Source: a virus (taxonomy: Duplodnaviria; Heunggongvirae; Uroviricota; Caudoviricetes). Taken from it: a DNA stretch of 64,000 nucleotides. Position numbers and translations under genes: made by a program. The notes beneath the pieces are model-generated. The model made no database searches. It was not told the DNA's origin and saw nothing but the letters and a program-made list of their open reading frames with translations. Of the stretch, positions 27,160 through 36,194 are shown piece by piece (the stretch's first letter is position 1; each line of letters starts with the position of its first letter). The stretch lies in the IMG/VR virus record IMGVR_UViG_3300025875_000002, positions 1 to 64,000 of that record; one strand, given 5' to 3'.

Positions 27160-27900
27160 AGTAAATGAGGTATGGCTCAATAAGCTATGGTGACATAGTG
27201 AAAGGCAGACTGGTTGTCTGTCGCCCAGCAATGGGTAGTCCATACAAAGCATTGGTCGTTGAGCAATCGGACACCCCGGTTGCAGCGATGTGAGCGTCCC
27301 AGGCGAATGGTCGAATGACTGTAGCCACCCGGCAGGGTAAGACGGGGTTCTACGTAAGCATCACGTTCGATAATGCGAGGAAAGATAGTCCGAGACCGCA
27401 ATCAAGGGCGCTTTCCATGAAGGTTAAGTAGCTGGACCGGCAGGTTCGTGAAAGACTAGAGATTTGAGTAGCCCCGCAAGGCGAAAGATATTGAGGCGTG
27501 TAGTATTCTTAGGCTCAAAAGGTCTCGGAACTACGCGGAGAAGCACGTCTCTCACCACATACCCACCCCGGTTAGGGGACTGTATATTGGAATACAAATT
27601 CAAATAAGCAAAAGACTTCTCCTGTCGTAAAGCAAAAGTGCCTTAATGGCTGACCTTCGGGAATCAGCCCACCTAAAAGCTCGCAAGGCCAAGGGTGTTC
27701 GTGTACAAGTAGTGCAGTGAAGGGGTTTAGCGGCCCTTACACGAATCGAAAGTAGCGGAGTAGCTCTACGTCATGAAGAGTGATCAGCTATACTGATCAG
27801 GCACGGCAGGTCCGGTAGGGATACCGGGGAAAGGTTGGGAAACAATAATCCAACTAAAGCCTGTCACGGGAGGGTGAATTCTAAGCCCTCCCAAATTTTA
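27160..27900 (+). ncRNA. large ORF-free, highly structured RNA candidate (~740 nt); identity unresolved (GOLLD/ROOL-like phage RNA or degenerate ribozyme-like element)
   Basis: No credible ORF on either strand; many hairpins incl. GNRA/UUCG-type loops; long-range complementarity AGTCCGAGACC (27387-97) with GGTCTCGGAACT (27521-32); flanked by tRNAs. Confidence 0.4.
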
Positions 27901-27901
27901 T

Positions 27902-27975
27902 GGTGGCAGACAAGCAAGGCTGCTGAAAGAGTCTCATAATCTCTTGTATGCCGGGTTCGATTCCCGGTGCCACTA
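27902..27975 (+). tRNA. tRNA-Met/fMet(CAU)-like, D arm noncanonical
   Basis: Acceptor GGTGGCA/TGCCACT, anticodon loop CTCATAA, T arm CCGGG-TTCGATT-CCCGG. Confidence 0.35.
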
Positions 27976-28083
27976 CTAGCGCGGATGGAGAAAAGGTGTC
28001 TCGCCAGCCTCATAAGCTGGAAATCAGGCTGGTCGGAGCAGCCCCGCGCTCCCACGTATTGGAACAACAGAAAGGCAATCCTA

Positions 28084-28316
28084 TGGAGCACGTTAAGGAA
28101 ATTCTTGCCGGTTTGGCAGTTTTTATTGTTGTTCTAGCTATTGTTGCTGGCATCTTTTTGGTTCCAACAAAGATTGCCCATGAGAACAATCAGAAGCAGC
28201 AGCATATGAATGAGATTTGTATTGCTAAGGGCTACATTGGTTGGAGTGACCAGCGGACCGTTCGTGACGGACCTGACCTCCCGGCCGGGTGTGTAAAGGA
28301 GAAGAGTGATAACTAA
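28084..28316 (+). CDS. small membrane protein
   Basis: ATG after tRNA; TM helix LAVFIVVLAIVAGIFLV. Confidence 0.35.
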
Positions 28317-28319
28317 GCC

Positions 28320-28526
28320 GTGATAGGAGAAAAGGGAATCAGTAAGCTTCCTACGCCTAGATACAAAATAGGTGATACGATGACAGTGTATATAAACGGT
28401 AAGCCTTATCCTGCTAGAGTGTATGGCGTAACAATACAAACTGTTAAGTGTTATTATCAAGTTGAACTTATGAAGATACCTATGATGCAGGTAGATGAAT
28501 CAGGTAGTATCGTTTATCAATTTTAA
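28320..28526 (+). CDS. hypothetical protein
   Basis: ORF track. Confidence 0.3.
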   Translation: MIGEKGISKLPTPRYKIGDTMTVYINGKPYPARVYGVTIQTVKCYYQVELMKIPMMQVDESGSIVYQF

Positions 28527-28774
28527 GGAGAATGGAATGACTAACACCAGTTGACTTCCCTAGACCAACAGTCTAGGGAAGGAGGTGAGGCATAATGGCC
28601 GGACCTAACTCGTCACCTTGCGGTGACAAAACTCTTGTGGATAACACGCAGATTCACTGCGCGCCCTGCAAGGGCTGGTTCCGAAAGCGGGACCACCTGG
28701 CTAAGCATGGAAAGCTTAGGACAGGAAAGACTAAGTAATTTGCTTTTGAATTATCATGGTGTTATTATCATGGC

Positions 28775-29282
28775 ATGAAGAAATGCTATAAGTGTGAAGA
28801 GGTAAAGCCTCATGCTGAGTTTTACAAAAATAAGGCTCAGCATGATGGTCTTTATCCTTTATGCAGGCAGTGTACAAAAGCAAAGAATGATGCTTACTCT
28901 CGTGCAAAGGGTAAGCCGGTCAGAAAGATGATCGGTAAATCTAAGGCTCAGTATGCTACGGAATCTAAACGGCAGGCAGTTGAAAGAAACAGAGACTACA
29001 TAATTAATTATCTCTCAACTCATCCTTGTGTTGATTGCGGAAACACTGACTATAGAATATTGGAGTTCGACCACCGGCCCGGGACTGAAAAAGTTAAAGG
29101 GTGTTGCCAAGCTAGTAAGCAATGGAATGAGTTTAAAAACCATTGATGTAGAGATAGCTAAGTGCGACGTTCGGTGTAGAAACTGCCATACGATCAAGAC
29201 TTATGAACGTCTTGGTGGTTCGTGGCATGACAAATATTTGGAGGTAATAATGACTCAGGAGGTTGACCATGCGAATAATTAG
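28775..29282 (+). pseudogene. HNH endonuclease interrupted by a frameshift at an A5 run near 29097 (pseudogene or slippery site)
   Basis: N-terminal part in frame A (..CVDCGNTDYRILEFDHRPG..) and C-terminal part (..KGVAKLVSNG...AKCDVRCRNCH..) in +1 frame; colinear with intact paralogs 9875 and 19706. Confidence 0.5.
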
Positions 29283-29591
29283 ATAACCTGAGGAGGTGAC
29301 TAAATTCGTATGGCATCATCACCATCCGGCTTGAAGGGCAACCCAGCCTCCAAGCGTATGAGCAACGCCCACCGCAAGGCATACCGCGCGGCACTATGGG
29401 CAAAGCAGAAGAAGCGTGCAGCAGCGCGTCAGGCAAAGCAGGACGCAGCACACGCCGCAAAGCAGAGGTGAGTATGGCGGGGTTGACAAGTTCAACCCCG
29501 CCTGCTACACTTAACATGGCAGATTGGCCGAGGGAAGGTACGCGCCTGCAAAGCGTTGTCACACGGGTTCGTAACCCGTATCTGCCTCCAC

Positions 29592-29657
29592 GCTCTCAGT
29601 AAGGAACAGAACGATCTTCCGAAGTTCGTGATCAGGGTTCGATTCCCTGTGAGAGCA
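29592..29657 (+). other. 66-nt tRNA-like element lacking a D arm
   Basis: Perfect acceptor GCTCTCA/TGAGAGC, T arm CAGGG-TTCGATT-CCCTG, single central hairpin. Confidence 0.3.
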
Positions 29658-29765
29658 CGGGGCCGGTTGTGCGGCCAACTAATATGACTCTGATTCTATT
29701 GGGATTGGGTTGGAGTCGAATAGGTGAGATATAGTAGCCCAATTGAGGCTCACCTACACAACCTA

Positions 29766-30073
29766 AGGGGCTGAAATGGTATCGACCTCTGAAAAGAAAT
29801 AATGTACGCAGCCCGTCTTTGAGGTAGAGACGTTAAACGACTTCAAAAATAATAAATGCAGACTACGATGTAGTTGCAGAGGCTGAGGCAATTCTTGCCG
29901 AGGCTTCTCTAATTTCTGCCTAATCGCGGATTGAGGGGCAACTCCTTAGAAACAGAAAGTTGCAACGCAATACCCCGCACTGCCAAGTAAGACCCGCCGG
30001 GGTTACGGAATGGCTGTAATAATGATATTATGGAAGATCAGAGGGACAGGGGTTCAAATCCCCTCAGCTCCAC
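29766..30073 (+). ncRNA. ssrA: tmRNA (ssrA)
   Basis: 5 prime GGGGCTGAAATGGTATCGAC resembles tmRNA 5 prime end; 3 prime GGACAGGGGTTCAAATCCCCTCAGCTCCA resembles tmRNA tRNA-like 3 prime end; internal tag frame GCA GAC TAC ... GCC TAA preceded by A-rich tract. Confidence 0.6.
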
Positions 30074-30101
30074 ATAGCAGTAAAGTACAGAAGGGCTATC
30101 C

Positions 30102-30497
30102 ATGTATGATGTTAAGTTACTCAGAGTAATTGATCTAGACCCTTTAACCATAATCAATTGTAAGCGTTTGTCGTATGGTGACGAGGGCTATATGTGTGAA
30201 GATTTAGATGCAGCAATTGCAAAGGATAAGGCCAGCAGACGCCGGTACAGATATAGCATGGCCTGCCTGGTATATGATCAAGGCACACTAGTTGGATGGT
30301 CTCTTATTGAACCAGTCGCCCGATCACCACGATATGTCGTTCAGATGTTCGTTGACCCAAATTACCGCCGCAAGGGCATCGGCAGATATCTATTGCAACA
30401 AGCAAACTACATGAGCAAGCGAAAGCCGCTTGTGTATCTAGACGATGACAATGAAGGATTCTTCCATAAGAATCCAGACCTATACGCAGAGGTGTGA
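30102..30497 (+). CDS. GNAT-family acetyltransferase-like protein
   Basis: RRKGIGRYLL (Q/R-x-x-G-x-G/A) motif. Confidence 0.4.
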   Translation: MYDVKLLRVIDLDPLTIINCKRLSYGDEGYMCEDLDAAIAKDKASRRRYRYSMACLVYDQGTLVGWSLIEPVARSPRYVVQMFVDPNYRRKGIGRYLLQQANYMSKRKPLVYLDDDNEGFFHKNPDLYAEV

Positions 30498-30730
30498 TGA
30501 AGGCTAAGAATTTGTACTACAAGGGCACGGATGAGCATTTGAGGACTCTTGCAGAAGAGTACAACGACGCCGGTTTTGATACCGAGATTGTCGAAGGCGA
30601 ACTTACAGTATTTGCTGGTAAGCGTCCACAGCCCACGAAGAAGAAGGGTAAGGGCAATGAGCAGAGCGACCGATGGTCAAAGCGAGAGCGAAACTTTGGC
30701 TATGCAAGAACGACTGAGCGTAAGGATTGA
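30494..30730 (+). CDS. hypothetical protein
   Basis: ORF track. Confidence 0.3.
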   Translation: MMKAKNLYYKGTDEHLRTLAEEYNDAGFDTEIVEGELTVFAGKRPQPTKKKGKGNEQSDRWSKRERNFGYARTTERKD

Positions 30731-30980
30731 GCCAACCCCCTTACCTGGCCTATATTCCCTTTCTTTAAAGAAAGATGGACCTGCTACATTTCGTAGCATA
30801 GTGTGGTTTGAAAATTGGTATTGTTTCGGTAGAAACTGGGCAGAGGCCAAGGCTAAGCGCATTATTAAGCGCAGAGCGCGGGTAGAAATTGATGGATCGT
30901 GGGTCGTAACTTTAGATAGAAATGATTCTGAACTTGCCTGATCCTGTGTTACAATATACACACGGAAGGGAGGTGTATTT

Positions 30981-31220
30981 ATGCCTAAGACAACTAGCGT
31001 TGCAGAGGGTTACTGGCGTTCCGAAGATGGTCTCTATGAGATTCAGGAAAACGCCGGTGTATTTTTGGTTAGCGAGCGTCGTGATGACCAGTGGGTTACC
31101 ATTGCTACTGCTAAGACAAAGACAGAAGCCGACAAGGAACTAAATAAGCTTGACAAGCAGGAGGCAGAGGCTCCCGTTCTCACTACTGAGGACGTAGTCG
31201 CTGTAACTCCCAAGGGTTGA
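30981..31220 (+). CDS. hypothetical protein
   Basis: ORF track; RBS GGAGG. Confidence 0.35.
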   Translation: MPKTTSVAEGYWRSEDGLYEIQENAGVFLVSERRDDQWVTIATAKTKTEADKELNKLDKQEAEAPVLTTEDVVAVTPKG

Positions 31221-31272
31221 CAGGTCCCCTAGTCTCATGTAGGCTAGGGGCACACCAACCAAGGAGGTCAAC

Positions 31273-31650
31273 ATGCAGGAGTTTTTCGCAGCTAAGCGCA
31301 ACTACGATCAGACCGAGGGCCGTGGCCCGATGATCACGATGGGTGTTTTCACCACCATTGAGCCTGCTTACTGGCTAGTCAAGGGCCAGGGTGTTATGGG
31401 CTACAATGACGGCGACATTGATGTTATCCGTGTGTTTGATACCGTGGATGAAATGAAGCAGTTTGAGAAGGGTCGCAGCCGTCTGGACGATAGGGTTTAC
31501 AGCGGCTGGAAGAAGAAGTGGACGCCTGGTTACGAGATTCATGACCCGCGTGCCGCAGACCCTGAGTGGCAACTTCTCATCGAGAAGCAGCGTGAGCAGA
31601 AGGAACTTGCTGCTGAGGTTGATCGCCTGGCTGAAAAGTTTAAGGATTGA
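31273..31650 (+). CDS. hypothetical protein
   Basis: ORF track; RBS AAGGAGG. Confidence 0.4.
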   Translation: MQEFFAAKRNYDQTEGRGPMITMGVFTTIEPAYWLVKGQGVMGYNDGDIDVIRVFDTVDEMKQFEKGRSRLDDRVYSGWKKKWTPGYEIHDPRAADPEWQLLIEKQREQKELAAEVDRLAEKFKD

Positions 31651-31707
31651 TCTGCCCTTGCGCCTGTCACCAGCGCGACAACCACTGTATGTGGTGCACT
31701 GATAAAG

Positions 31708-31923
31708 ATGCCCGCGAATGCGACGACTTTTACGGAGAATAATATGGCTAAGTACGTCTACAATGTAGTGTTTGAGCAACCTCTTGGCAAGACGGGCCGG
31801 TTGTCCATTGACGGTGTCTCTATACAAGACAGTCAGACTATGCTATTCTGGAAGCTGCCCGATGGAACGATCAAGGGCATTCCTATCTCTCGTATCTACG
31901 AGCTTGAAGTCAAGGAGGTCTAA
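31708..31923 (+). CDS. hypothetical protein
   Basis: ORF track. Confidence 0.3.
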   Translation: MPANATTFTENNMAKYVYNVVFEQPLGKTGRLSIDGVSIQDSQTMLFWKLPDGTIKGIPISRIYELEVKEV

Positions 31924-32417
31924 TGCAGAAGTTCGCTACACTCAGTGACGCAATTACTCTTGCAGAGTTTGCTCACCGCAACCAGCTTGATAAGGCTGGC
32001 CTACCCTACATTGATCACCCGCGCCGGGTGCTCGCAAAGGTTCAGGCCCAGGGAGGCTTGCCTTACGTCCAGATCGCTGCTATACTTCATGACGTGACCG
32101 AGGACACCAAGTTCACTCACGAAATGCTACTGGCACTTGGGTTCAGCGAGGCTGCGGTGCGTTTGGTGCGGCTGCTTGACAGGGATGATAGTCTTGCTAG
32201 GTACAACAGTCAGGTGTGGCAGAGCGCCGGTATCCAGGCAATTACCCCTGACGAGTTTTACTATGACGGCATTAAGTCAGACCCTGGTGCTAAGATGGTT
32301 AAGCTTGCTGATATTGAAGATAACCTTAGTGACTGGCGTCTATCTTATCTTAGTGACGAGACTCAGGCCCGGTTGAGGTTGAAGTATTTTAAGGCAAAGG
32401 AGCACATCAATGGATAA
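31923..32417 (+). CDS. HD-domain (p)ppGpp hydrolase, small alarmone hydrolase (RelA/SpoT HD family)
   Basis: FAHRNQLDKAGLPYIDHPRRV...AAILHDVTEDT motifs of SpoT/Mesh1-type HD domain. Confidence 0.65.
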   Translation: MQKFATLSDAITLAEFAHRNQLDKAGLPYIDHPRRVLAKVQAQGGLPYVQIAAILHDVTEDTKFTHEMLLALGFSEAAVRLVRLLDRDDSLARYNSQVWQSAGIQAITPDEFYYDGIKSDPGAKMVKLADIEDNLSDWRLSYLSDETQARLRLKYFKAKEHING

Positions 32418-32814
32418 TAACATTCGTAAGCAGTGGGTTGACAAGCTGCGCAGCGGCGAGTACCCTCAGGCTAAGGGAGTGCTTCGGAAATCTGACGGCG
32501 GCTTTTGTTGCCTTGGTGTTCTCTGCGAGCTAGCAGTTGAGCAAAAGGTGATTGAGCCTCCTACCCTTCACGGTAGCTCGTATTTCTATCAGGACGACAA
32601 GTCGGACGACGCCTACGATGCATGGCTGCCTCCCACGGTTCGTAAGTGGGCCGGTTTGCAGACTGACGAGGTTCGTCTTGCTGAGTACCGGGTAGTTAAC
32701 GAGGTAGCAATCAACACCCTTAGCGCGATGAATGATCGTGGCCTTACCTTCACCGAGATTGCTGATTTCATTGAGTCTGATGACTTCGTGGAGGCAGTTG
32801 ACAAGTCTAAGTGA
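32410..32814 (+). CDS. hypothetical protein (paralog of 50771..51214)
   Basis: Shared motif W(V)xxLRSGxxxQxxGVL...GGxCCLGVL. Confidence 0.35.
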   Translation: MDNNIRKQWVDKLRSGEYPQAKGVLRKSDGGFCCLGVLCELAVEQKVIEPPTLHGSSYFYQDDKSDDAYDAWLPPTVRKWAGLQTDEVRLAEYRVVNEVAINTLSAMNDRGLTFTEIADFIESDDFVEAVDKSK

Positions 32815-32835
32815 GTCTGCTACACTATACTCACT
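32800..32835 (+). promoter_or_regulatory. sigma70-like promoter (TTGACA N17 TACACT) upstream of tRNA-Asn
   Basis: gTTGACAagtctaagtgagtctgcTACACTatact. Confidence 0.4.
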
Positions 32836-32905
32836 GGCCGATCATGAGCGGCTGACTACTAACCGCCCCTGCTCCCGAGGGTTCGAAAGTATCGGGGGAC
32901 CACAT

Positions 32906-32978
32906 TCCCCTGTAGCTCAGTTGGTAGAGCGTCGCTCTGTTAAAGCGAATGTCACTGGATCGAAGCCAGTCGGGGGAG
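32906..32978 (+). tRNA. tRNA-Asn(GUU)
   Basis: Acceptor TCCCCTG/CGGGGGA, D GCTC/GAGC, anticodon stem TCGCT/AGCGA loop CTGTTAA, T arm ACTGG-ATCGAAG-CCAGT. Confidence 0.65.
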
Positions 32979-32996
32979 CCTAAAGAAAGGAAAGTA

Positions 32997-33350
32997 ATGC
33001 CATACGCAGATAAAGAGGCCCAAAAAGAGTACGTTAGAAAGTGGGCCGCAAAGCGTAGAGCAGATTTCTTTGACGGAAAATCTTGTGTTAGATGTGGTTC
33101 GGTTGATAGGTTAGAGCTTGATCACATAGACCGCAACACTAAGGTAACAAATTCTATCTGGACATTCTCTGAGAAGCGTCGAGAACAAGAGATTGCCAAG
33201 TGCCAAGTCTTGTGCTACACTTGTCACAAGGAAAAGACGAAGGACGAGCGAGCGGGTGACCGTAAGCACGGTAGGACAATGTATAAGTATGGTTGTCGTT
33301 GTGGTGTGTGCAAAGAAGTACAGAGATTGCACAATGCACAACGAAGTTAA
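32997..33350 (+). CDS. HNH endonuclease (start trimmed to ATG after tRNA-Asn)
   Basis: SCVRCGSVDRLELDHIDRNTK...AKCQVLCYTCHKEK; stop 1 nt before tRNA-Thr. Confidence 0.7.
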   Translation: MPYADKEAQKEYVRKWAAKRRADFFDGKSCVRCGSVDRLELDHIDRNTKVTNSIWTFSEKRREQEIAKCQVLCYTCHKEKTKDERAGDRKHGRTMYKYGCRCGVCKEVQRLHNAQRS

Positions 33351-33351
33351 T

Positions 33352-33422
33352 GCCACCTTAGCTCAATGGTAGAGCAATGCCTTTGTAACGCATAGGTTGT
33401 CAGTTCGATTCTGACAGGTGGC
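33352..33422 (+). tRNA. tRNA-Thr(UGU)
   Basis: Acceptor GCCACCT/AGGTGGC perfect, D GCTC/GAGC, anticodon loop TTTGTAA, T arm GTCAG-TTCGATT-CTGAC. Confidence 0.6.
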
Positions 33423-33658
33423 TCGTAGTTCAGTGGGGGTTCGACTCCTCATGCGGCCGCAATTCTCCGGGAAGGCTGAACTAGCAATGGGCGTTAAGTG
33501 TCAAGGGTTGCACGTCGGTGTTGCATACCGAAAGATAGGGTTCAACTCCCTCACTGTCCACACCTAGAGGAAACCAGGGACGCTTGGTGAAATCGAAAGT
33601 CAGCCGGATGGAGGCTGAGAGCATAAGGAGACCTAATGGTTGGTCCCACCATCGCAAT

Positions 33659-33731
33659 GGGGAATTAGCTCATTTGGGAGAGCGCTTCGCTTGCAACGAA
33701 GAGGTAACGAGTTCGATCCTCGTATTCTCCA
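33659..33731 (+). tRNA. tRNA-Ala(UGC)
   Basis: Acceptor GGGGAAT/ATTCTCC, D GCTC/GAGC, anticodon stem CTTCG/CGAAG loop CTTGCAA, T arm ACGAG-TTCGATC-CTCGT. Confidence 0.7.
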
Positions 33732-33732
33732 C

Positions 33733-34359
33733 GTGAAAGTTTGCTATAAATGCAAAGAAGAAAAGCCAGCTACGGCACAATTTTTCTATAGGGATAAATC
33801 AAGAAAAGATGGTTTGACTCCACGATGTAGGGACTGCATATATGCCAAGAAAGAAACTGGTCCTCGCAGATGGGATGAAAAGCCTGACCGCATCCGATGC
33901 TTGGCTTGTAAAGAAGAATATGATTACACATCAGAAAACTTCTACGTAGATAAAGACTATAAGTTTGGCCTACAAACTACACGATGTAAGCTTTGCAAGG
34001 ATAAAGCTTCTGCTCAATGGAGAGTTGATAATAGAGAGTATGACCTAGAAAGACAAAAAGAAAAGTCTAGACTCTGGCGTCAAAATAATCCAGAAAAAGC
34101 TAGAGCAAAATGGCAATTACGAAAGGCCCGCAAGAAATCAAATGGTGCTTATGAGTATGTTGACTACATTACTGTAGCGGAACGAGATAGATGGGTTTGT
34201 CAAATTTGTCAGGAAGAAGTTGATCCTGAAATAAAACATCCCGATAGGCAGTCTGGATCGTTAGATCATGTCGTGCCACTTTCAAAGGGTGGTGCTCATA
34301 CTTATGATAACACACAGCTTGCCCATCTCTTTTGTAACATGAAGAAAAGCAACAAATAG
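33733..34359 (+). CDS. HNH endonuclease (GTG start directly after tRNA-Ala)
   Basis: Multiple N-terminal CxxC pairs; DHVVPLSKGGAHTYDNTQLAHLFCNMKKSN HNH core. Confidence 0.65.
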   Translation: MKVCYKCKEEKPATAQFFYRDKSRKDGLTPRCRDCIYAKKETGPRRWDEKPDRIRCLACKEEYDYTSENFYVDKDYKFGLQTTRCKLCKDKASAQWRVDNREYDLERQKEKSRLWRQNNPEKARAKWQLRKARKKSNGAYEYVDYITVAERDRWVCQICQEEVDPEIKHPDRQSGSLDHVVPLSKGGAHTYDNTQLAHLFCNMKKSNK

Positions 34360-34366
34360 TATTATG

Positions 34367-34426
34367 GGCGTACCCTGGGAGGGTTGCAAGCGCGTACTGG
34401 CGGGGTTCGACTCCCCTCACGTCCAC
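34367..34426 (+). other. ~60-nt tRNA-like minihelix element (acceptor + T arm, no D arm)
   Basis: GGGCGTA...CGGGG-TTCGACT-CCCCT-CACGTCC; too short for tRNA. Confidence 0.25.
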
Positions 34427-34621
34427 AAACCGGCCGAGGTAGGTCGGGGTTTTCGAAGCAAAGTGCTGGCGTTGGTCATACCAGTATGCGGTGGACTTAA
34501 ATCCTTGTCCCTAGGCACCCGTCTTTGGAAACTCATATTCCCATAGTGTAACGGCAGCACAAGAGCCTTCGGTTCGATCCCGTCATTCTCCACTGGCAAC
34601 ACCACAGATTGCCGATTTGAT

Positions 34622-35137
34622 GTGTTGCTATTAATATGGTATGATTTCAACATGAGATCATCACCATTACATGACGAGGACAGACTAAGAAAGCTTTGCG
34701 CAGAATCATACTCCATTAAGGAGGTTCTTGACAAGCTTGGACTCAGGGCTGCCGGTGGCAATTACAAGCAGTTAAAAATGTATGCAGAAAAATTTGGCAT
34801 CACCCTGCCCCAGCAGGACGCCCAGCATCTTCAAAGAAAGACTGAGGGTGCAAGGCAGGCTAGAAAAGTTTCAGATGAGCTTGTGTTCTGTGCCGAGTCA
34901 GAGTATACTAACAGGTACCAAATCAAGCGTCGGTTGAGAGCTATGGGATGGAAATGGATTTGCTCAACTGATGGGTGTGGCGTAAGCGAAGAGTGGTTGG
35001 GCAAGCCAATGTCTCTTCAACTTGACCACATTAACGGAATCCATAACGATAACAGAATAGAAAATCTTCGTTTGTTGTGTCCTAATTGTCACTCGCAAAC
35101 AGAAACATTCGCTGGCCGTAAAGGCTGGCTAATCTGA
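34622..35137 (+). CDS. HNH endonuclease (family with 39311..39789)
   Basis: LQLDHINGIHNDNRIENLRLLCPNCHSQTE. Confidence 0.65.
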   Translation: MLLLIWYDFNMRSSPLHDEDRLRKLCAESYSIKEVLDKLGLRAAGGNYKQLKMYAEKFGITLPQQDAQHLQRKTEGARQARKVSDELVFCAESEYTNRYQIKRRLRAMGWKWICSTDGCGVSEEWLGKPMSLQLDHINGIHNDNRIENLRLLCPNCHSQTETFAGRKGWLI

Positions 35138-35213
35138 GGTTACTCTGTTGGCAGGGGTGATCTGACTTTGAATCAGAGCAGGACGTAGGTTCGATTCCTA
35201 CCCTCAGAGCAAC
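35137..35213 (+). tRNA. tRNA-Gln(UUG)-like (D region irregular)
   Basis: Acceptor TCTGAGG/CCTCAGA, anticodon stem TCTGA/TCAGA loop CTTTGAA, T arm GTAGG-TTCGATT-CCTAC. Confidence 0.35.
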
Positions 35214-35233
35214 ATGGCCCGTCACTGGCAGAA

Positions 35234-35488
35234 ATGTCGCTGGCGGGTTTTTCTACTATTAATGGAGGCACTGTGGAGTATCCTAAGGGCAACGGACAAA
35301 TGTTCAAGGCTGTTCCCATGCAGAACACCCACTGGTATAGGTTAGGAGGCCGTGAGGGCTGTACAGCCAACCCCAGGTATGCCCCACAAGCTGAGGTCAA
35401 GAGGGTTGGACTTCACGATTGCGATGTGCTACGCTGTGCTAGTAAGCACGTAGGAACGAAGGCCGACTACGAAAAGAGGGTAAAGTGA
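35234..35488 (+). CDS. hypothetical protein
   Basis: ORF track. Confidence 0.3.
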   Translation: MSLAGFSTINGGTVEYPKGNGQMFKAVPMQNTHWYRLGGREGCTANPRYAPQAEVKRVGLHDCDVLRCASKHVGTKADYEKRVK

Positions 35489-35739
35489 AGTTGCTAATGC
35501 TGCTTGAACTTAACTATTACGATGGTCCGGTTGAGTTTATTGCACAGGATCCTGAGGCCGATGGTCTGAATAAGTACCGGGCTATTCATGGAATGTACCA
35601 GTACGATGTTGTTGCCCCCGATGGGTACAGCACGCGGGTTTTTAGACTGACTACCCTACCGGCATTGGATGATTACGGACACCCCAATGCCTTCCAAGAT
35701 GTCCGAGAAGATCAGATTGAGTGGATAACAAATGATTAA
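35485..35739 (+). CDS. hypothetical protein
   Basis: ORF track. Confidence 0.3.
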   Translation: MKLLMLLELNYYDGPVEFIAQDPEADGLNKYRAIHGMYQYDVVAPDGYSTRVFRLTTLPALDDYGHPNAFQDVREDQIEWITND

Positions 35740-36184
35740 GAGTCTTATTAAAAACATTAGGTTTGGTCTAGCTACCAACTCTAGTTCTAGCCACTCTCTT
35801 GTTTACCGTAAGACCCCCGGTGATGACACCGTTTGGGAGAGCGGTAGCATGTATGATACAGAGTATGGTTGGAACCACTTTGTACTAGACAGCCTTGGTG
35901 AGAAGTTAATGTATGCCCTTACCGGTGCACTGGGTAGCCAGCATTGGTGGAGTGATGACATTGATGAGGCTGAGATTGATCGTCTCATGGCAGAGTATGG
36001 CCCAATGTTCCCTGAGCTAAACCGCAGCCACTTTGAGCAGGCTCTTCGTGGTTACATTGATCATGAGTCTCAGGGTCTTGCTGATGTTGCAGTGGCACGT
36101 GATCCTCACGTTGAGATTCACGGCGGTAACGATAATGGCGACAGCGGTTGCTCTGACTGCTCTTCCGGAGACTATTACTACTGA
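35732..36184 (+). CDS. hypothetical acidic protein
   Basis: ORF track. Confidence 0.35.
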   Translation: MIKSLIKNIRFGLATNSSSSHSLVYRKTPGDDTVWESGSMYDTEYGWNHFVLDSLGEKLMYALTGALGSQHWWSDDIDEAEIDRLMAEYGPMFPELNRSHFEQALRGYIDHESQGLADVAVARDPHVEIHGGNDNGDSGCSDCSSGDYYY

Positions 36185-36194
36185 TAGGGGTACC

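Noticed and set aside
27371-27500. Group I intron core (P-like AATGCGAGGAAAG, R-like GAAAGACTAGAG, S-like AAGATA(T)AGTCC)
   Set aside because: The S-like element precedes the R-like element on both strands, opposite to group I order. No interrupted exon could be identified: the flanking HNH ORF and tRNAs are intact. Resemblance may be chance or a highly degenerate relic.
27371-27535. Possible bacterial RNase P RNA (AGGAAAG..TCCG...AAGGGC resembling the conserved P4 5 prime strand, plus a bulged complementary strand 135 nt downstream)
   Set aside because: The two candidate P4 strands are only about 135 nt apart. That leaves no room for the P5-P18 domains of even minimal bacterial RNase P RNAs, and other conserved regions are not recognisable. 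Left as an unclassified structured RNA.
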